DNA of 64,000 nt, taken from the NCBI GenBank assembly GCA_963710605.1, contig CAVQBA010000006.1, positions 640,001 to 704,000 on the forward strand. Direction: 5' to 3'. The first letter of the stretch is position 1; every line of letters begins with the position of its first letter. The position numbers and the translations under genes are program-made. Origin of the DNA: an uncultured cyanobacterium (lineage in GTDB: Bacteria; Cyanobacteriota; Cyanobacteriia; Cyanobacteriales; Cyanobacteriaceae). Under the pieces are notes generated by a model. It saw only the letters and a list, made by a program, of their open reading frames with translations. It did not search any database and had not been told where the DNA came from. Shown here in pieces: positions 1 through 14,965 of this stretch.

Positions 1-2
1 AT

Positions 3-260
3 TTATTCGCAGAAACCATGAGCAATAATCCTCTTAGTTGCCCTACTCTATTTATCGGTTTTGATTGGTATCTGCAAGGTAGTAGCGTCAAAACCAACTT
101 AGATATTAAACATAAATTATTAGCTCAGTATTTACCCACCACAATTTACCAAATTAGTGATGATTTACCTGAAAATAGTATTGGTATTGTTTGCAAAAGA
201 TTATCTTGTTTTGAACCTGCAACCACTCAAAACAAACTTTTAGAACAAATTCAAAGTTAA
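3..260 (+). CDS. C-terminal fragment of thioredoxin-domain/DUF255 (YyaL-like) protein, runs in from the window edge
   Basis: Frame is open from position 3. The ending (CPTLFIGFDWY...QYLPTT...GIVCKRLSCFEPATT) resembles the C-terminus of cyanobacterial YyaL-family proteins. Confidence 0.6.
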   Translation, partial: LFAETMSNNPLSCPTLFIGFDWYLQGSSVKTNLDIKHKLLAQYLPTTIYQISDDLPENSIGIVCKRLSCFEPATTQNKLLEQIQS

Positions 261-535
261 TCACAGATAGTAATTTATCAACTGGTTAGTTTTTTAGCAA
301 GACAAATAAATTGATTAGAAAAACTAATCATTATTAAAGCAGTAAAATTAATAATTTATACTATTTTAACTATTACTAAGGCTATTAAATTTTGAATTAA
401 ATCATATCTTTTAGCTAGTTATTTTTTTATCTCTTTATCAGGAAAAAACATATTAACTGTTTTTAATCATCGCAAAATTAATAACTTTAATATCCTTAAA
501 AATCGTTAATAAATTCAGCATTGAAAATAATAAAT

Positions 536-991
536 ATGGAAAACTTTGAAGAAATAAAAATTAGACTTAAAAAAAAATGGTTGCAATACTATAAACATAA
601 CAGAACATGGATTAATAAATATTGTCAAGAAAACTGTTATGTCTCAGTCAAAGGTTCAATAGAAGGAGAAACATGGACAACGATCGAAAGAAGTTGGGAT
701 GATCCAAACTATGCAGAAGTTCATCCACCTAGTGAATTAATTATTGGTGCAATTACCGCCTTAGAACCCTTATTAGCTCAATATTGGTTAACAGCTTTTG
801 TTGATTTATATGCTAATAAAGAAAAAATAATTGTTGCCCTAGGCTTAAATTTTGACCCAGAATTAGAATTAAAAAAAATAGAACAAAAAAAGTGGGATAA
901 AGAACAACTAGTTTTACAACCTGAATTGATTACCGAAGATACTCAAGAAACTGAAAATCGTTTTTTATCTACTAGTAAAATCGATACTTAA
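536..991 (+). CDS. DUF5331-like cyanobacterial hypothetical protein
   Basis: LKKKWLQYYKHNRTW, PPSELIIGAITALEP and ALGLNFDPELEL match the DUF5331 pattern. ATG at 536 preferred over TTG at 521. Confidence 0.7.
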   Translation: MENFEEIKIRLKKKWLQYYKHNRTWINKYCQENCYVSVKGSIEGETWTTIERSWDDPNYAEVHPPSELIIGAITALEPLLAQYWLTAFVDLYANKEKIIVALGLNFDPELELKKIEQKKWDKEQLVLQPELITEDTQETENRFLSTSKIDT

Positions 992-1235
992 TTAACTCTG
1001 TTAAATAGTAATTAAAAGGATAGATTCAACTAATTTAGATTTAGTACTTTATAATTTATTTGATTATCGTCAAATTAAAATACTATTATTAATCTTTTTG
1101 TCAAGCATAATTTTAAAACTTATTATTTATTATTTTCAGAATCTTCATCACTGTTTTAAAATATAAATAAAAACTGATAAAATTATCTTTTATTGTCATT
1201 AAATTAACCATTTATCTCTTAGGCTTTAGCTGAGT

Positions 1236-3446
1236 ATGAATACAAACCAACAGACAAAGACAGGTTTAGGCACTTTTGGTGGTGTTTATACCCCTTCAAT
1301 TTTGACCATTTTAGGGGTGATCATGTACCTTCGTTTTGGCTGGGTAGTTGGCAATGTTGGCTTATTCGGTACTTTAATTATTGTTACCCTCTCCAACGTA
1401 ATTACTTTTTTAACCGCTTTATCTGTATGTGCGATCGCAACCGATCGAGTTATTCGTGCAGGAGGGGCTTATTACATGATTAGTCGCTCTTTAGGAATCG
1501 AAACAGGTGGGGCAGTAGGTGTACCCTTATATATTGCTCAAGCCCTATCAGTAGCTTTATATACCCTTGGTTTTGCCGAGAGCGTAGTTAGAGTATTTCC
1601 TTCGTTGTTAGAATATCAGTTATACATAGCCTTGGCGATTACCATTGGAGTCGGTATTCTTGCTTTTACTAGTGCCGAGATAGCAATTAAAGCACAATAC
1701 TTCATTATGGTAGCGATCGTTTTATCCTTAGTTTCCTTCGTCTTCGGACATCCTATCGAACCGACACAGATAGAATATTGGAATGATGAAGGAGAATCAT
1801 TTTGGATTGTTTTTGCTGTTTTCTTCCCCGCAGTTACAGGTATTATGGCGGGAGTTAATATGTCAGGTGACTTAAAAGAACCTTCTATTGCTTTACCAAA
1901 AGGCACATTATATGCTGTCGGTACAGGTTACTTAATTTACATGATTATCCCGATATTTTTATCATTAAGAGCTAATTCAAGTACTTTAATTAACGAACCC
2001 TTTATTATGGCGGATATGTCTTATTGGGGTGGTGCGATCGCCTTGGGAGTATGGGGAGCAACATTAAGTAGTGCGATCGGCAGTATTTTAGGTGCACCTA
2101 GAATTTTACAGGCATTAGCTAGAGACAAAATTTTTCCCCAATCATTGAATTTCCTCGGTAAAGGAAATGGCCCTCAAGATGAACCTCGTATCGGGACAAT
2201 TGTCACCTTAATCATTGCTGTTTTAGCAGTCTGTCTAGCTGATTTAAACTTAATTGCACCAATTTTGACAATGTTTTTCCTCACTACCTATTTAGTCTTA
2301 AATTTGTCAGCAGGAATAGAAAGTTTTTTGCAGTTACCCTCATTCAGACCAACATTTAAAGTACATTGGTCACTATCTTTTCTGGGTGCATTAGGATGTT
2401 TAGGAGTTATGTTTTTGATTAATGCCTTGGCTACGGTTGTTGCCGCCGTCATCGTATTAAGTATCTATTTTTATTTACAAACAAAAGAATTAAAAGTTAC
2501 TTGGGGAGATAGCCGTCGAGGAGTCTGGATGGCTTTTTTGCGTACAGGAATATATCAAGTTGATCACTTTCCCGATGCCAAGAAAGACGCTAAAAATTGG
2601 CGTCCTCATATACTAGCATTTGCTCGTAATCCTGAAAAAAACTGGTCTTTAATCGAGTTAGCAGATAGCTTTAATCACAATGGAATACTCACCGTCACTA
2701 AGATTATCCCTGAAGGAGAAGAGTATTATGAAAAAAATCAACTAGCACAAAAGGTCAAAGAATATCTTGAAACTAATAATATTCAAACTTTAGTTAAGAT
2801 AATTAGTTCTAACAACACCTTTGGTATCGTTCCCCAAATAGTCGAAACATACGGTATCGGGCCATTAATTCCTAATACTATTGTCTTAGGTGATAGTCAG
2901 GCTTCCTACACTAATAATTTCCAAAAACATCAACAATATTGCCAAATGATTAATTCATTACACCAATCAAAACGTAATATTGTAATTTTTAAAGAAAATA
3001 AAGAATTGAAATTTAACAACTATAAACGTATAGATGTTTGGTGGAGAGGGAAACAGGCAAATGGAAGTTTGATGCTTTTACTCGCTTATTTACTAAGAAA
3101 CGATTGGAGTTGGCGTAAAGCTAATGTTTATGTAAAAGTTATCTGTTATGATCCCCAAGAGCAACAAGAAATTAAAAGAAATTTGTCTAACTACATTAAG
3201 AAATTAAATATTAACTTTATTCCTGAGGTTATTGTTTCTAATGAAGATTTCTTTACTAATTTGAAAAAAAATTCAGGTGATGCCGATTTAATTTTTTTAG
3301 GTTTACCTAGATTATCAGCTAATTTCGAGCAAGATTATACTAATTTGCAAAAAGCAACTAACAACTTACCAACGATCGTTTTTGTTTTAGCATCAAATGA
3401 TTTTCTCTTTGAAGAAGTATTACAAAAAGACCAAGAGCCAAATTAA
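1236..3446 (+). CDS. Cation-chloride cotransporter (SLC12/Na-K-Cl) family, amino acid permease fold
   Basis: LGTFGGVYTPSILTILGVIMYLRFGWVVG, GGAYYMISRSLG, FFPAVTGIMAG and KNWRPHIL motifs; many TM helices plus a cytoplasmic C-terminal domain. Confidence 0.9.
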   Translation: MNTNQQTKTGLGTFGGVYTPSILTILGVIMYLRFGWVVGNVGLFGTLIIVTLSNVITFLTALSVCAIATDRVIRAGGAYYMISRSLGIETGGAVGVPLYIAQALSVALYTLGFAESVVRVFPSLLEYQLYIALAITIGVGILAFTSAEIAIKAQYFIMVAIVLSLVSFVFGHPIEPTQIEYWNDEGESFWIVFAVFFPAVTGIMAGVNMSGDLKEPSIALPKGTLYAVGTGYLIYMIIPIFLSLRANSSTLINEPFIMADMSYWGGAIALGVWGATLSSAIGSILGAPRILQALARDKIFPQSLNFLGKGNGPQDEPRIGTIVTLIIAVLAVCLADLNLIAPILTMFFLTTYLVLNLSAGIESFLQLPSFRPTFKVHWSLSFLGALGCLGVMFLINALATVVAAVIVLSIYFYLQTKELKVTWGDSRRGVWMAFLRTGIYQVDHFPDAKKDAKNWRPHILAFARNPEKNWSLIELADSFNHNGILTVTKIIPEGEEYYEKNQLAQKVKEYLETNNIQTLVKIISSNNTFGIVPQIVETYGIGPLIPNTIVLGDSQASYTNNFQKHQQYCQMINSLHQSKRNIVIFKENKELKFNNYKRIDVWWRGKQANGSLMLLLAYLLRNDWSWRKANVYVKVICYDPQEQQEIKRNLSNYIKKLNINFIPEVIVSNEDFFTNLKKNSGDADLIFLGLPRLSANFEQDYTNLQKATNNLPTIVFVLASNDFLFEEVLQKDQEPN

Positions 3447-3826
3447 GTATAAACATATTAAATAGTTGAGAATAAATACAGTTCAACATTTACCCAAAAA
3501 ATTGCGATAAAAATTTTTGTGCTTATTTCGAGACTTTTTTTAAGATCATAATCTAAAACCACTTCTGTCCTTCGATCGTTTAAACAAGTTCAAGCTATTA
3601 CCAATTAAGAACCAACTAAAGACATAAAAGTATCTACTTATTCTGTTTATTCATAGATAGCCATTCTGATTAAATTTAACGACATCAGGATTAACAACAT
3701 TGTTTTACCGCTAATAACTTTCACCTTACTAGCTATTTGAACAAAAATAATAAAAAATTAAACCCTTGTAAATACTGATAAATATAGGGTGTTGTTTACC
3801 GAACAAAAAATAAATCGAAGTTAAGG

Positions 3827-3855
3827 TTGACAGTCGAGAAAATAGTGGTTATATT
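3827..3855 (+). promoter_or_regulatory. sigma70-type rRNA operon promoter
   Basis: TTGACA (3827-3832), 17-nt spacer, TATATT (3850-3855), about 200 nt upstream of 16S. Confidence 0.8.
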
Positions 3856-4052
3856 AGTAATTGTGCGTTTGAGACATCAACACCTCGAAGCCGCACATTG
3901 AACCTCGACAACTTGATATTTTTTCTAGCAATCATTAGAAATATTTTCATAACATAAAACCTTGTCAAAAAATAGTTAAATCAAAAAACAGGAATAAGTC
4001 AATCATTATAAGTAGAAGCAACAATATGTTGCCCAAGCCGAAGTGATTAACT

Positions 4053-5543
<1,491 letters not shown>

Positions 5544-5637
5544 ATAAGGGAGACTCTAATTAATGGAGTCAGCAAGGAAAAGGAAATAAAAAAAAATGAA
5601 TTGCTAGAGAAAATAGAAAGATTGAGGGGGTTACAAT

Positions 5638-5711
<74 letters not shown>

Positions 5712-5715
5712 TGAT

Positions 5716-5791
5716 GGGGGTATAGCTCAGCTGGTAGAGCGCCTGCTTTGCAAGCAGGATGTCAGCGGTTCAAGTCCGCTTACTTCCACCA
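5716..5791 (+). tRNA. tRNA-Ala(TGC)
   Basis: GGGGGTATAGCTCAG...TTTGCAA loop...TTCAAGT...TCCACCA; G3:U70 pair present; encoded CCA. Confidence 0.97.
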
Positions 5792-5949
5792 AAGAAAGAA
5801 AAAATAGAGAAAGAAAATTATTATTCAGCACCGTATCGAGTAGCGAGCGAATGCTGGACTGATAAAAGTTCAGAGAATGAACCTTGAAAACTGCATAGAA
5901 AAGAAAGATGAACGAAGACTTAATTAAATTGAATTGAGTTCAAGTGAAA

Positions 5950-8737
<2,788 letters not shown>

Positions 8738-8839
8738 AAAAAAGCATTTGAATTAAGAAGAAAATGAAATTGAGTCGGAAGTAATCGAGAAATCTATGCA
8801 GTCTTGAGGGGGATTTAAAGTAATCCTTTTCCAAACAAT

Positions 8840-8957
8840 AGCTGGTGTGTGCAGCGTTGTGGAACCACTACGAACCATCTCGAACTCGTGTGTGAAACGC
8901 AACAGCGGCGACGATACTGCGGGGGTAGCCCTTTGGGACAATAGTTCCATGCCAGCT
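8840..8957 (+). rRNA. rrf: 5S rRNA
   Basis: AGCTGGTG...GAACCAC...CGAACTCG...GTGAAAC...GCCAGCT with complementary ends. Confidence 0.95.
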
Positions 8958-8980
8958 TTACCAATCGAATCTCAAAATCA

Positions 8981-9015
8981 AAAAAGAACTCTTTAATACA
9001 AGGGTTCTTTTTTTT
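8981..9015 (+). terminator. Intrinsic terminator of the rRNA operon
   Basis: AAAAAGAACTCTT...AAGGGTTCTTTTTTTT hairpin with U tract just after 5S. Confidence 0.85.
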
Positions 9016-9021
9016 GCTTAA

Positions 9022-9380
9022 TAGACATCTCCAAAAACTATCTAAGCTTCTGTCAATTTGAGTTTACACCATCAATGTTAGTCAAACATATTTATTTAAC
9101 AATGTTAACAAAATTTCGTCTGTCAGAGTTAATTTCTTTTTTCATCTACCTCTAGGAGAAATAATAGTCGGATTGTTTAAGGCATTTATCTTTTATCTTA
9201 TCCTTTTTATTTCTTGAGCGATCTCGACTAAATTGATAAATTGTTCATAGGTAATACCAATTATTCTTTTTGTTTGCAGAGGATAATCGTCAATATATTC
9301 TAAAATTTGATTGACAATTTAATTTCTAATTTTTTATTTATTCTAATTATATTCGCTATTTTCTATTTTGAAGATGTCTA
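9022..9380 (-). mobile_element. Internally deleted IS5-family (ISL2-group-like) element / MITE with transposase N-terminal remnant
   Basis: TIRs TAGACATCTCCAAAA (9022-9036) and TTTTGAAGATGTCTA (9366-9380), 14/15 match. Minus strand reads LEYIDDYPLQTKRIIGITYEQFINLVEIAQ...IISPRGR...DEILLTL with stops and frameshifts, resembling the HTH N-terminus of cyanobacterial IS5/ISL2 transposases. Confidence 0.75.
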
Positions 9381-11117
9381 ATAGCCAGTAGTTAAAGATT
9401 CTCGACGACGTGTATCGGAAAATCCATATAAAAACTGATCGACTTTCATAATACTTTGAGTACTACCCATTGCTCTACTAAGCTCTATATTATGTTCTTT
9501 TTCGATTAGTAAATTACGAGTATCCTGATTAATACTTTCTTCAATAAATAATTTGTCTGGTAGCCATTGATGATGAATTCTTGGTGCGATTGTTGCTTCG
9601 GCTATATTCATCTGAAAATTAATGACATTAAGTACTATTTGCAATACTGTTGTGATAATTCGGCTACCACCAGGGCTACCCGTTACTAAAAATACCCGAT
9701 CGTCTTTAAGTACGATCGTCGGTGTCATGGAACTTAACATTCTTTTTTCAGGAGCGATCGCATTGAATTCTCCTCCTGTTAAACCATAGGCATTAGGTAC
9801 ACCTATTTTAGCGACAAAATCATCCATTTCATTATTAAGTAGAATACCTGTATTAGGAACAGTAATACCGCTACCATAACTAAAGTTTAAAGTGTAGGTA
9901 TTAGCTACTGCATTACCATCTTTATCTACTACTGAATAATGAGTTGTGTCGTTACTTTCTTGATATTTTAAAGGATTATGAGGAGCTATTTCATTACTAG
10001 GTGTAGCTCGATTTTGATTAATTTTTGTTCTTAACTCATCAGCATATTTTTGAGATACTAAACCATTAATAGGAACAGTTACAAAATCAGGATCACCTAA
10101 ATATTTAGATCGATCGGCATATGCTAATTTCATGGTTTCGGTAAGCAAATGGATAGTTTTAGCTGTATTATGACCGAACGCTTGTAAATCGAAAGGTGCT
10201 AAAATATTCAACATTTGAATTAAATGTACACCACCAGAGCTAGGCGGAGGCATCGAATAAATATCATAACCTCGATAATTACCTTGTATCGGTTTTCTAA
10301 TAACAGGTTGATAATTAGCTAAATCTTCTAAACTAATTAATCCCCCACCTGCTTTCATTTCATTGACTAATTCTTGAGCAATTTGACCTTGATAAAAAGC
10401 ACTTTTTCCTTGGGTAGCAATTAATTTTAAACTATGAGCTAAATCAGGTTGTTTTAATTTTTTACCGACAACTAAAAGTTGATCATCAGGATAAAAAATT
10501 GTTTTACTTTCAGAGTGTCGTTGTAAAGTATTACTCGCAAAAACTAAAGAATCAGCTAAATCTTGGGTAACAATAAAACCATTTTCGGCTAAATCGATCG
10601 CTGGTTGTAATGCTCTAGTCAAAGGAATTGTGCCATATTTATCTAATGCCATTGCTAAACCAGCTACTGTACCAGGTACACCTACAGCTAAATGACTATA
10701 ACGAGACTTATCTTTATCAACTTCTCCTTGCTCATTCAAAAACATATCCGCTGTAGCTAATAAAGGGGCTTTTTCTCTGTAATCTAAAGCAATATTTTGA
10801 TTATCCTCAGCCAAATGAATCATCATAAATCCACCACCGCCTATATTACCTGCCCGTGGTAAAGTGACAGCTAAGGCAAAACCAACCGTAACAGCCGCAT
10901 CAACAGCGTTACCTCCTTCTTTTAAGACTTGTAAGCCTGCTTCTGTAGCTAACTTTTCTTGGCTAGAAACCATAGCATTATTAGCGGTAACAGGATGAAA
11001 AATTGATTGGGTATCGTAGATTGGTGCTGTTTGACTAAAACTACTTTGAATAGTGATAATAAAGATAAAGGCAATAGCGAATACGAATAAATAGATTTTT
11101 TGCCTAATAATTCTCAT
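9378..11117 (-). CDS. ggt: Gamma-glutamyltransferase (signal peptide)
   Basis: GGNAVDAAV, catalytic TTHYSVVD, LSSMTPT and GSPGGSRI motifs. Confidence 0.97.
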   Translation of the reverse strand: MRIIRQKIYLFVFAIAFIFIITIQSSFSQTAPIYDTQSIFHPVTANNAMVSSQEKLATEAGLQVLKEGGNAVDAAVTVGFALAVTLPRAGNIGGGGFMMIHLAEDNQNIALDYREKAPLLATADMFLNEQGEVDKDKSRYSHLAVGVPGTVAGLAMALDKYGTIPLTRALQPAIDLAENGFIVTQDLADSLVFASNTLQRHSESKTIFYPDDQLLVVGKKLKQPDLAHSLKLIATQGKSAFYQGQIAQELVNEMKAGGGLISLEDLANYQPVIRKPIQGNYRGYDIYSMPPPSSGGVHLIQMLNILAPFDLQAFGHNTAKTIHLLTETMKLAYADRSKYLGDPDFVTVPINGLVSQKYADELRTKINQNRATPSNEIAPHNPLKYQESNDTTHYSVVDKDGNAVANTYTLNFSYGSGITVPNTGILLNNEMDDFVAKIGVPNAYGLTGGEFNAIAPEKRMLSSMTPTIVLKDDRVFLVTGSPGGSRIITTVLQIVLNVINFQMNIAEATIAPRIHHQWLPDKLFIEESINQDTRNLLIEKEHNIELSRAMGSTQSIMKVDQFLYGFSDTRRRESLTTGY

Positions 11118-11171
11118 GAATAAATCCTGATTGATGAGTATTTTGTTTTTAGGTTATCACTTTTTCAGTCT

Positions 11172-11636
11172 TTATTTGGTTAATTTTTTCCATAAAATTA
11201 AAGCATCTTCTCCTGTTTTTTGATAATATTTTTTTCTTCTTCCTGCTTCTTTAAAATCAAATCTTTGGTATAATTTTAAAGCTTTAATATTATTTTCAGA
11301 AACTTCTAAGGTTGCTGTTTTTAATTTTCTTTTATTAATTTCTCTTAATAATTTTTCAAGTAAATATTTGCCATAACCTTGATTTTGGAAATCAGGATGA
11401 ATGGCTAATATAGTAATATGTGCTTCGTCTAAAATAGCCCAAAAACAAGCAAGACCAATTACTTTTTCTGTACAATTAATATTTATTGTGATGATTAACA
11501 AACAACTATTAGGACTATTAATTTCTCGTATATAACCGTCTTTACTCCATAAGCCACCAAAACAAAGATAATCTAATTCTAAAACTTGCTCTAATTCTTT
11601 TTCTGATAGTGATTTTGTTTTTATATTTTCGAGCAT
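11172..11636 (-). CDS. rimI: Ribosomal protein S18 alanine N-acetyltransferase (GNAT)
   Basis: ILDEAHITILAIHP, QNQGYG, TLEVSENN and GRRKKYY...GEDALILW motifs. Confidence 0.9.
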   Translation of the reverse strand: MLENIKTKSLSEKELEQVLELDYLCFGGLWSKDGYIREINSPNSCLLIITININCTEKVIGLACFWAILDEAHITILAIHPDFQNQGYGKYLLEKLLREINKRKLKTATLEVSENNIKALKLYQRFDFKEAGRRKKYYQKTGEDALILWKKLTK

Positions 11637-11841
11637 CTTTTTTGGGATAAAATAATTAGGTTAAATTATAGTTGATTGATTTTATCTTTCGATTTGTAAT
11701 CTGTATTAAATTGATACTTACTACGAGGATAAATAATTACGATCGTGTTTAATTTCATTTTCAGGTAACATATGTCAATACTCATAGCTTTAAACTAGAT
11801 AGAATAATTATTGAGGACTCTATCCTATTATCAATCAATCA

Positions 11842-12505
11842 ATGGAAATATTAGAACAATCGTTACTAACTACCGATATCAAAAAAGCTAAACAGATACA
11901 GATTGTTGGGCAACAAAAAGTTATTACTGAAGATAGATTAAAGCAAGTTAATTATGTAGCTGGTGTTGATGCGGGGTATAAAAGTAAAGAGCAAATTAGT
12001 AAAGCGGCGATCGTTATTTTAGCATTTCCTAGTTTAGAATTAATCGAAAAAGCGAACGTAGAAATTCCGACGGTTTTTCCTTATGTATCTGGTTATCTAT
12101 CATGAGTGAGAAATACCCGCTATTTTAGAAGTAATCAAAAAAAAAGTAAATATTACTCCTGATTTAATTTTATGTGATGGACAAGGTATAGCTCATCCCC
12201 GCCGTTTTGGTTTGGCTTCTCATTTAGGAGTGATGCTAGATTTACCAACGATTGGGGTAGCTAAAAGCAGATTGATAGGTGAACATGAAGAAGTAGATAA
12301 AGAAAAAGGTAGCTGGGAATATTTAAAACACCAAAATGAAACTATTGGAGCGGTAGTACGTACTCGTACTAATGTTAAACCACTTTATATTTCGATCGGT
12401 CATAAAATTAGTTTACCGACTGCGATCGATTATTTGTTTAAATGTCTGACTAAATACCGTTTACCTGAAACTACCCGTCATGCTGATCGTTTAGCGTCTC
12501 ATTAA
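11842..12505 (+). pseudogene. nfi: Endonuclease V, disrupted by an in-frame TGA plus +1 frameshift at ~12103-12109 (true pseudogene or sequencing error)
   Basis: VAGVDAGY and FPYVSGYLS in frame 1; EIPAILE...[24 protein letters not shown]...PTIGVAKS...YRLPETTR continue in frame 2. Confidence 0.85.
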
Positions 12506-12571
12506 CTTAAAGTAGTGTATATTTTTTAAATAGTTTGTGTTATGATAGTCTGTTAGATAATTATGCTTATT

Positions 12572-12645
12572 GCTACCTTAGCTCAATTTGGTAGAGCAAC
12601 TCATTCGTAATGAGTAGGCTGTCGGTTCAAGTCCGATAGGTAGCT
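12572..12645 (+). tRNA. tRNA-Thr(CGT)
   Basis: Acceptor stem GCTACCT/AGGTAGC, D arm GCTC...GAGC, anticodon arm ACTCA-TTCGTAA-TGAGT, T loop TTCAAGT; no encoded CCA. Confidence 0.93.
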
Positions 12646-12860
12646 TTTAAAAAGTTAGTCGTTGAAAGAGTACAAAGATCAAGATAATCAAGAATTGAGA
12701 TTAATCTCTACTCAAGACGTATCTTTGATAATTTTAGATTTGATACTAACTAAAATCTAAACTCAAGCTATAAATAAAGCAATGAGTCAATGACGCTTCA
12801 TTTATAAATATTAATCATACTGATAAACTCTCAGATTTACTGCAATTAGAGTAATTATGG

Positions 12861-13574
12861 TTACAGTCTGACCAAAATATTATTGCCATGAGTATCTGTT
12901 CCACAAGTAGTGTACAAATTATACTTACTAGCTAGTTTTTTGGTGATTTGAGTTTGCTCTTGACTAGCTTGCCACGGCTTAGGATTACCATAAGCATAAT
13001 AAGCCTCAACTCCATCAATTTCTGATTCATAGGCTTCTAATATTAATTCTCTTCCTGAGCGACGATAACGGAATGGATGTGCTAAGACAACTAATCCACC
13101 TGCTTGATGAAGCGCTTCAATCACTTTTTTGGCTTCGGCAAGTTTTCCCTTAGGGCTTTCTCCTGTTAAATATTTCTGAATACTTGTCGCTTTAGGATCA
13201 AAAGCATATCCTAGTATATGTACAACTGTACCGTTCAGCTTACTTGTAATTTCAATCCCACTCCACAAATAAGGTAAAGCTGAAGTATTAGATGGAGAAA
13301 CTTTTTTTTGCTCTAGCCATTTTTTGGCACGGTAAAAACCATTCATTGTATGATGATCTGTAATAGCTAATCCTTTTAATCCGAGAGAAATTGCTTGTTC
13401 TATCAATGATTCAGGACTTAGCTTACCGTCAGAACAATTAGTATGTAAATGAAAGTTATAGTCGTATGGACAGCTATTTTCTGTTAATGTCTCCCAAGTT
13501 GTTGCTAACTTCAAGACCTCTTGGTTAGCATTATTAACAGATGATCTTGATTTTGTTTTTGTTGTTACTAGCAT
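12861..13574 (-). CDS. PHP domain metal-dependent phosphoesterase
   Basis: HLHTNCSDG, AITDHH, LAHP and GTDTHG motifs. Confidence 0.92.
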   Translation of the reverse strand: MLVTTKTKSRSSVNNANQEVLKLATTWETLTENSCPYDYNFHLHTNCSDGKLSPESLIEQAISLGLKGLAITDHHTMNGFYRAKKWLEQKKVSPSNTSALPYLWSGIEITSKLNGTVVHILGYAFDPKATSIQKYLTGESPKGKLAEAKKVIEALHQAGGLVVLAHPFRYRRSGRELILEAYESEIDGVEAYYAYGNPKPWQASQEQTQITKKLASKYNLYTTCGTDTHGNNILVRL

Positions 13575-13831
13575 TTTTTGACAAAATTATTGCTAATTGT
13601 TAAGTTTAATTTAACAAATATTTGCTGATGTTGATCGTTATTTCATTGAAAATTATTATTTTTCTGATTTAACTATTTTATTTTAAGTAGAAATACGTAG
13701 ATGACATCAAATAAATTTTATTTTACTTAAATAAACCTAGCTTGAGTAAACAAACTGTTAAACTATTAGACGAGTAACTAAAATGAACAGAAAATAATTT
13801 TATCTTCGTGATGTTTGTTGATTATTAATCT

Positions 13832-14620
13832 ATGCGTATTTTAATTAGTAATGATGATGGTTTTTTTGCTTTAGGTATTCGTACTCTTGCTAATCGAATG
13901 GCAAAAGAAGGGTATGAGGTTATAGTTGTTGCCCCAGATCGGGAACGATTGGCTACAGGGCATGGTTTAACTCTTCATCAACCGATTCGTGCTGATCAAA
14001 TAAAAGATATTTTTGTCCCTGAAATTGAAGCTTGGTCTTGTTCAGGTACACCTTCTGATTGCGTTAAATTGGGCTTGAGTGCAATTTTAGATACACCACC
14101 TGATTTTGTGTTGTCGGGGGTTAATAAAGGACCAAATTTGGGGACTGACGTACTTTATTCGGGGACTGTGTCTGCGGCGATGGAAGGAACGATCGATGGA
14201 GTTTCTAGTATTGCTTTTAGTTTGGCTAGTTTTACTTGTGAAGATTTTGACGCATCGGCTAATTATGCGGTTAAGTTAATTAAAGAATTAATTGCTAATC
14301 CTTTACCTAAAAGTACTTTACTTAGTGTTAATATACCGGCTGTCAGTGAAGATGAAATTGCCGGAGTCAAAGTTACTCGTCAAGGTATCCGACGTTATCA
14401 AGAAAGTTTTCAAAAAAGACATGACCCTCGTGGTCGCACTTATTATTGGTTAGCAGGAGAATTAGTTGAGGAAATAGAACAACCTGAACATATTTATTTA
14501 CCTCCCGATTTACCGACAGATGTTCAAGCTAGTAAGGAAAATTACATCACTATTACACCTTTACAATACAATCTAACTGATGCAGTAGCAGTAACAAAAT
14601 TACAGCAAATTTATCTTTAA
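13832..14620 (+). CDS. surE: 5'/3'-nucleotidase SurE
   Basis: [40 protein letters not shown]. The usually conserved Ser in RSATGH reads Leu. Confidence 0.95.
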   Translation: MRILISNDDGFFALGIRTLANRMAKEGYEVIVVAPDRERLATGHGLTLHQPIRADQIKDIFVPEIEAWSCSGTPSDCVKLGLSAILDTPPDFVLSGVNKGPNLGTDVLYSGTVSAAMEGTIDGVSSIAFSLASFTCEDFDASANYAVKLIKELIANPLPKSTLLSVNIPAVSEDEIAGVKVTRQGIRRYQESFQKRHDPRGRTYYWLAGELVEEIEQPEHIYLPPDLPTDVQASKENYITITPLQYNLTDAVAVTKLQQIYL

Positions 14621-14965
14621 AAATCTTCAATAATTTATCTTTGTAGAGGTAATTAATAATCAATAATTAACAATTGATTACGTTGGAAAATTTGCTGTTT
14701 TGAAAAGAGTAATTATTCAATCAATTAATCAAAAGATCAATCTATTTTTAGTTATTTTTTGACTATTAATAGTTACTACTTAAATTTTAAAAGTTAATCA
14801 GTCTGAGTGTTTCAATTATAAGTAATGTTTAGTTAGTGATGATTAATCTGTATTGAAACTATAGTTGCTTGTAATTAAAAATTGCTGATTACTTATTGTT
14901 ATGGTCACAAACCATGATATTCTTGATTTTACCAACTGTTTTCATCTTGCTTGACTCATATAATT

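Noticed and set aside
12572-12860. tRNA-Thr as an island integration site
   Set aside because: No integrase and no duplicated tRNA 3' end seen in the window.
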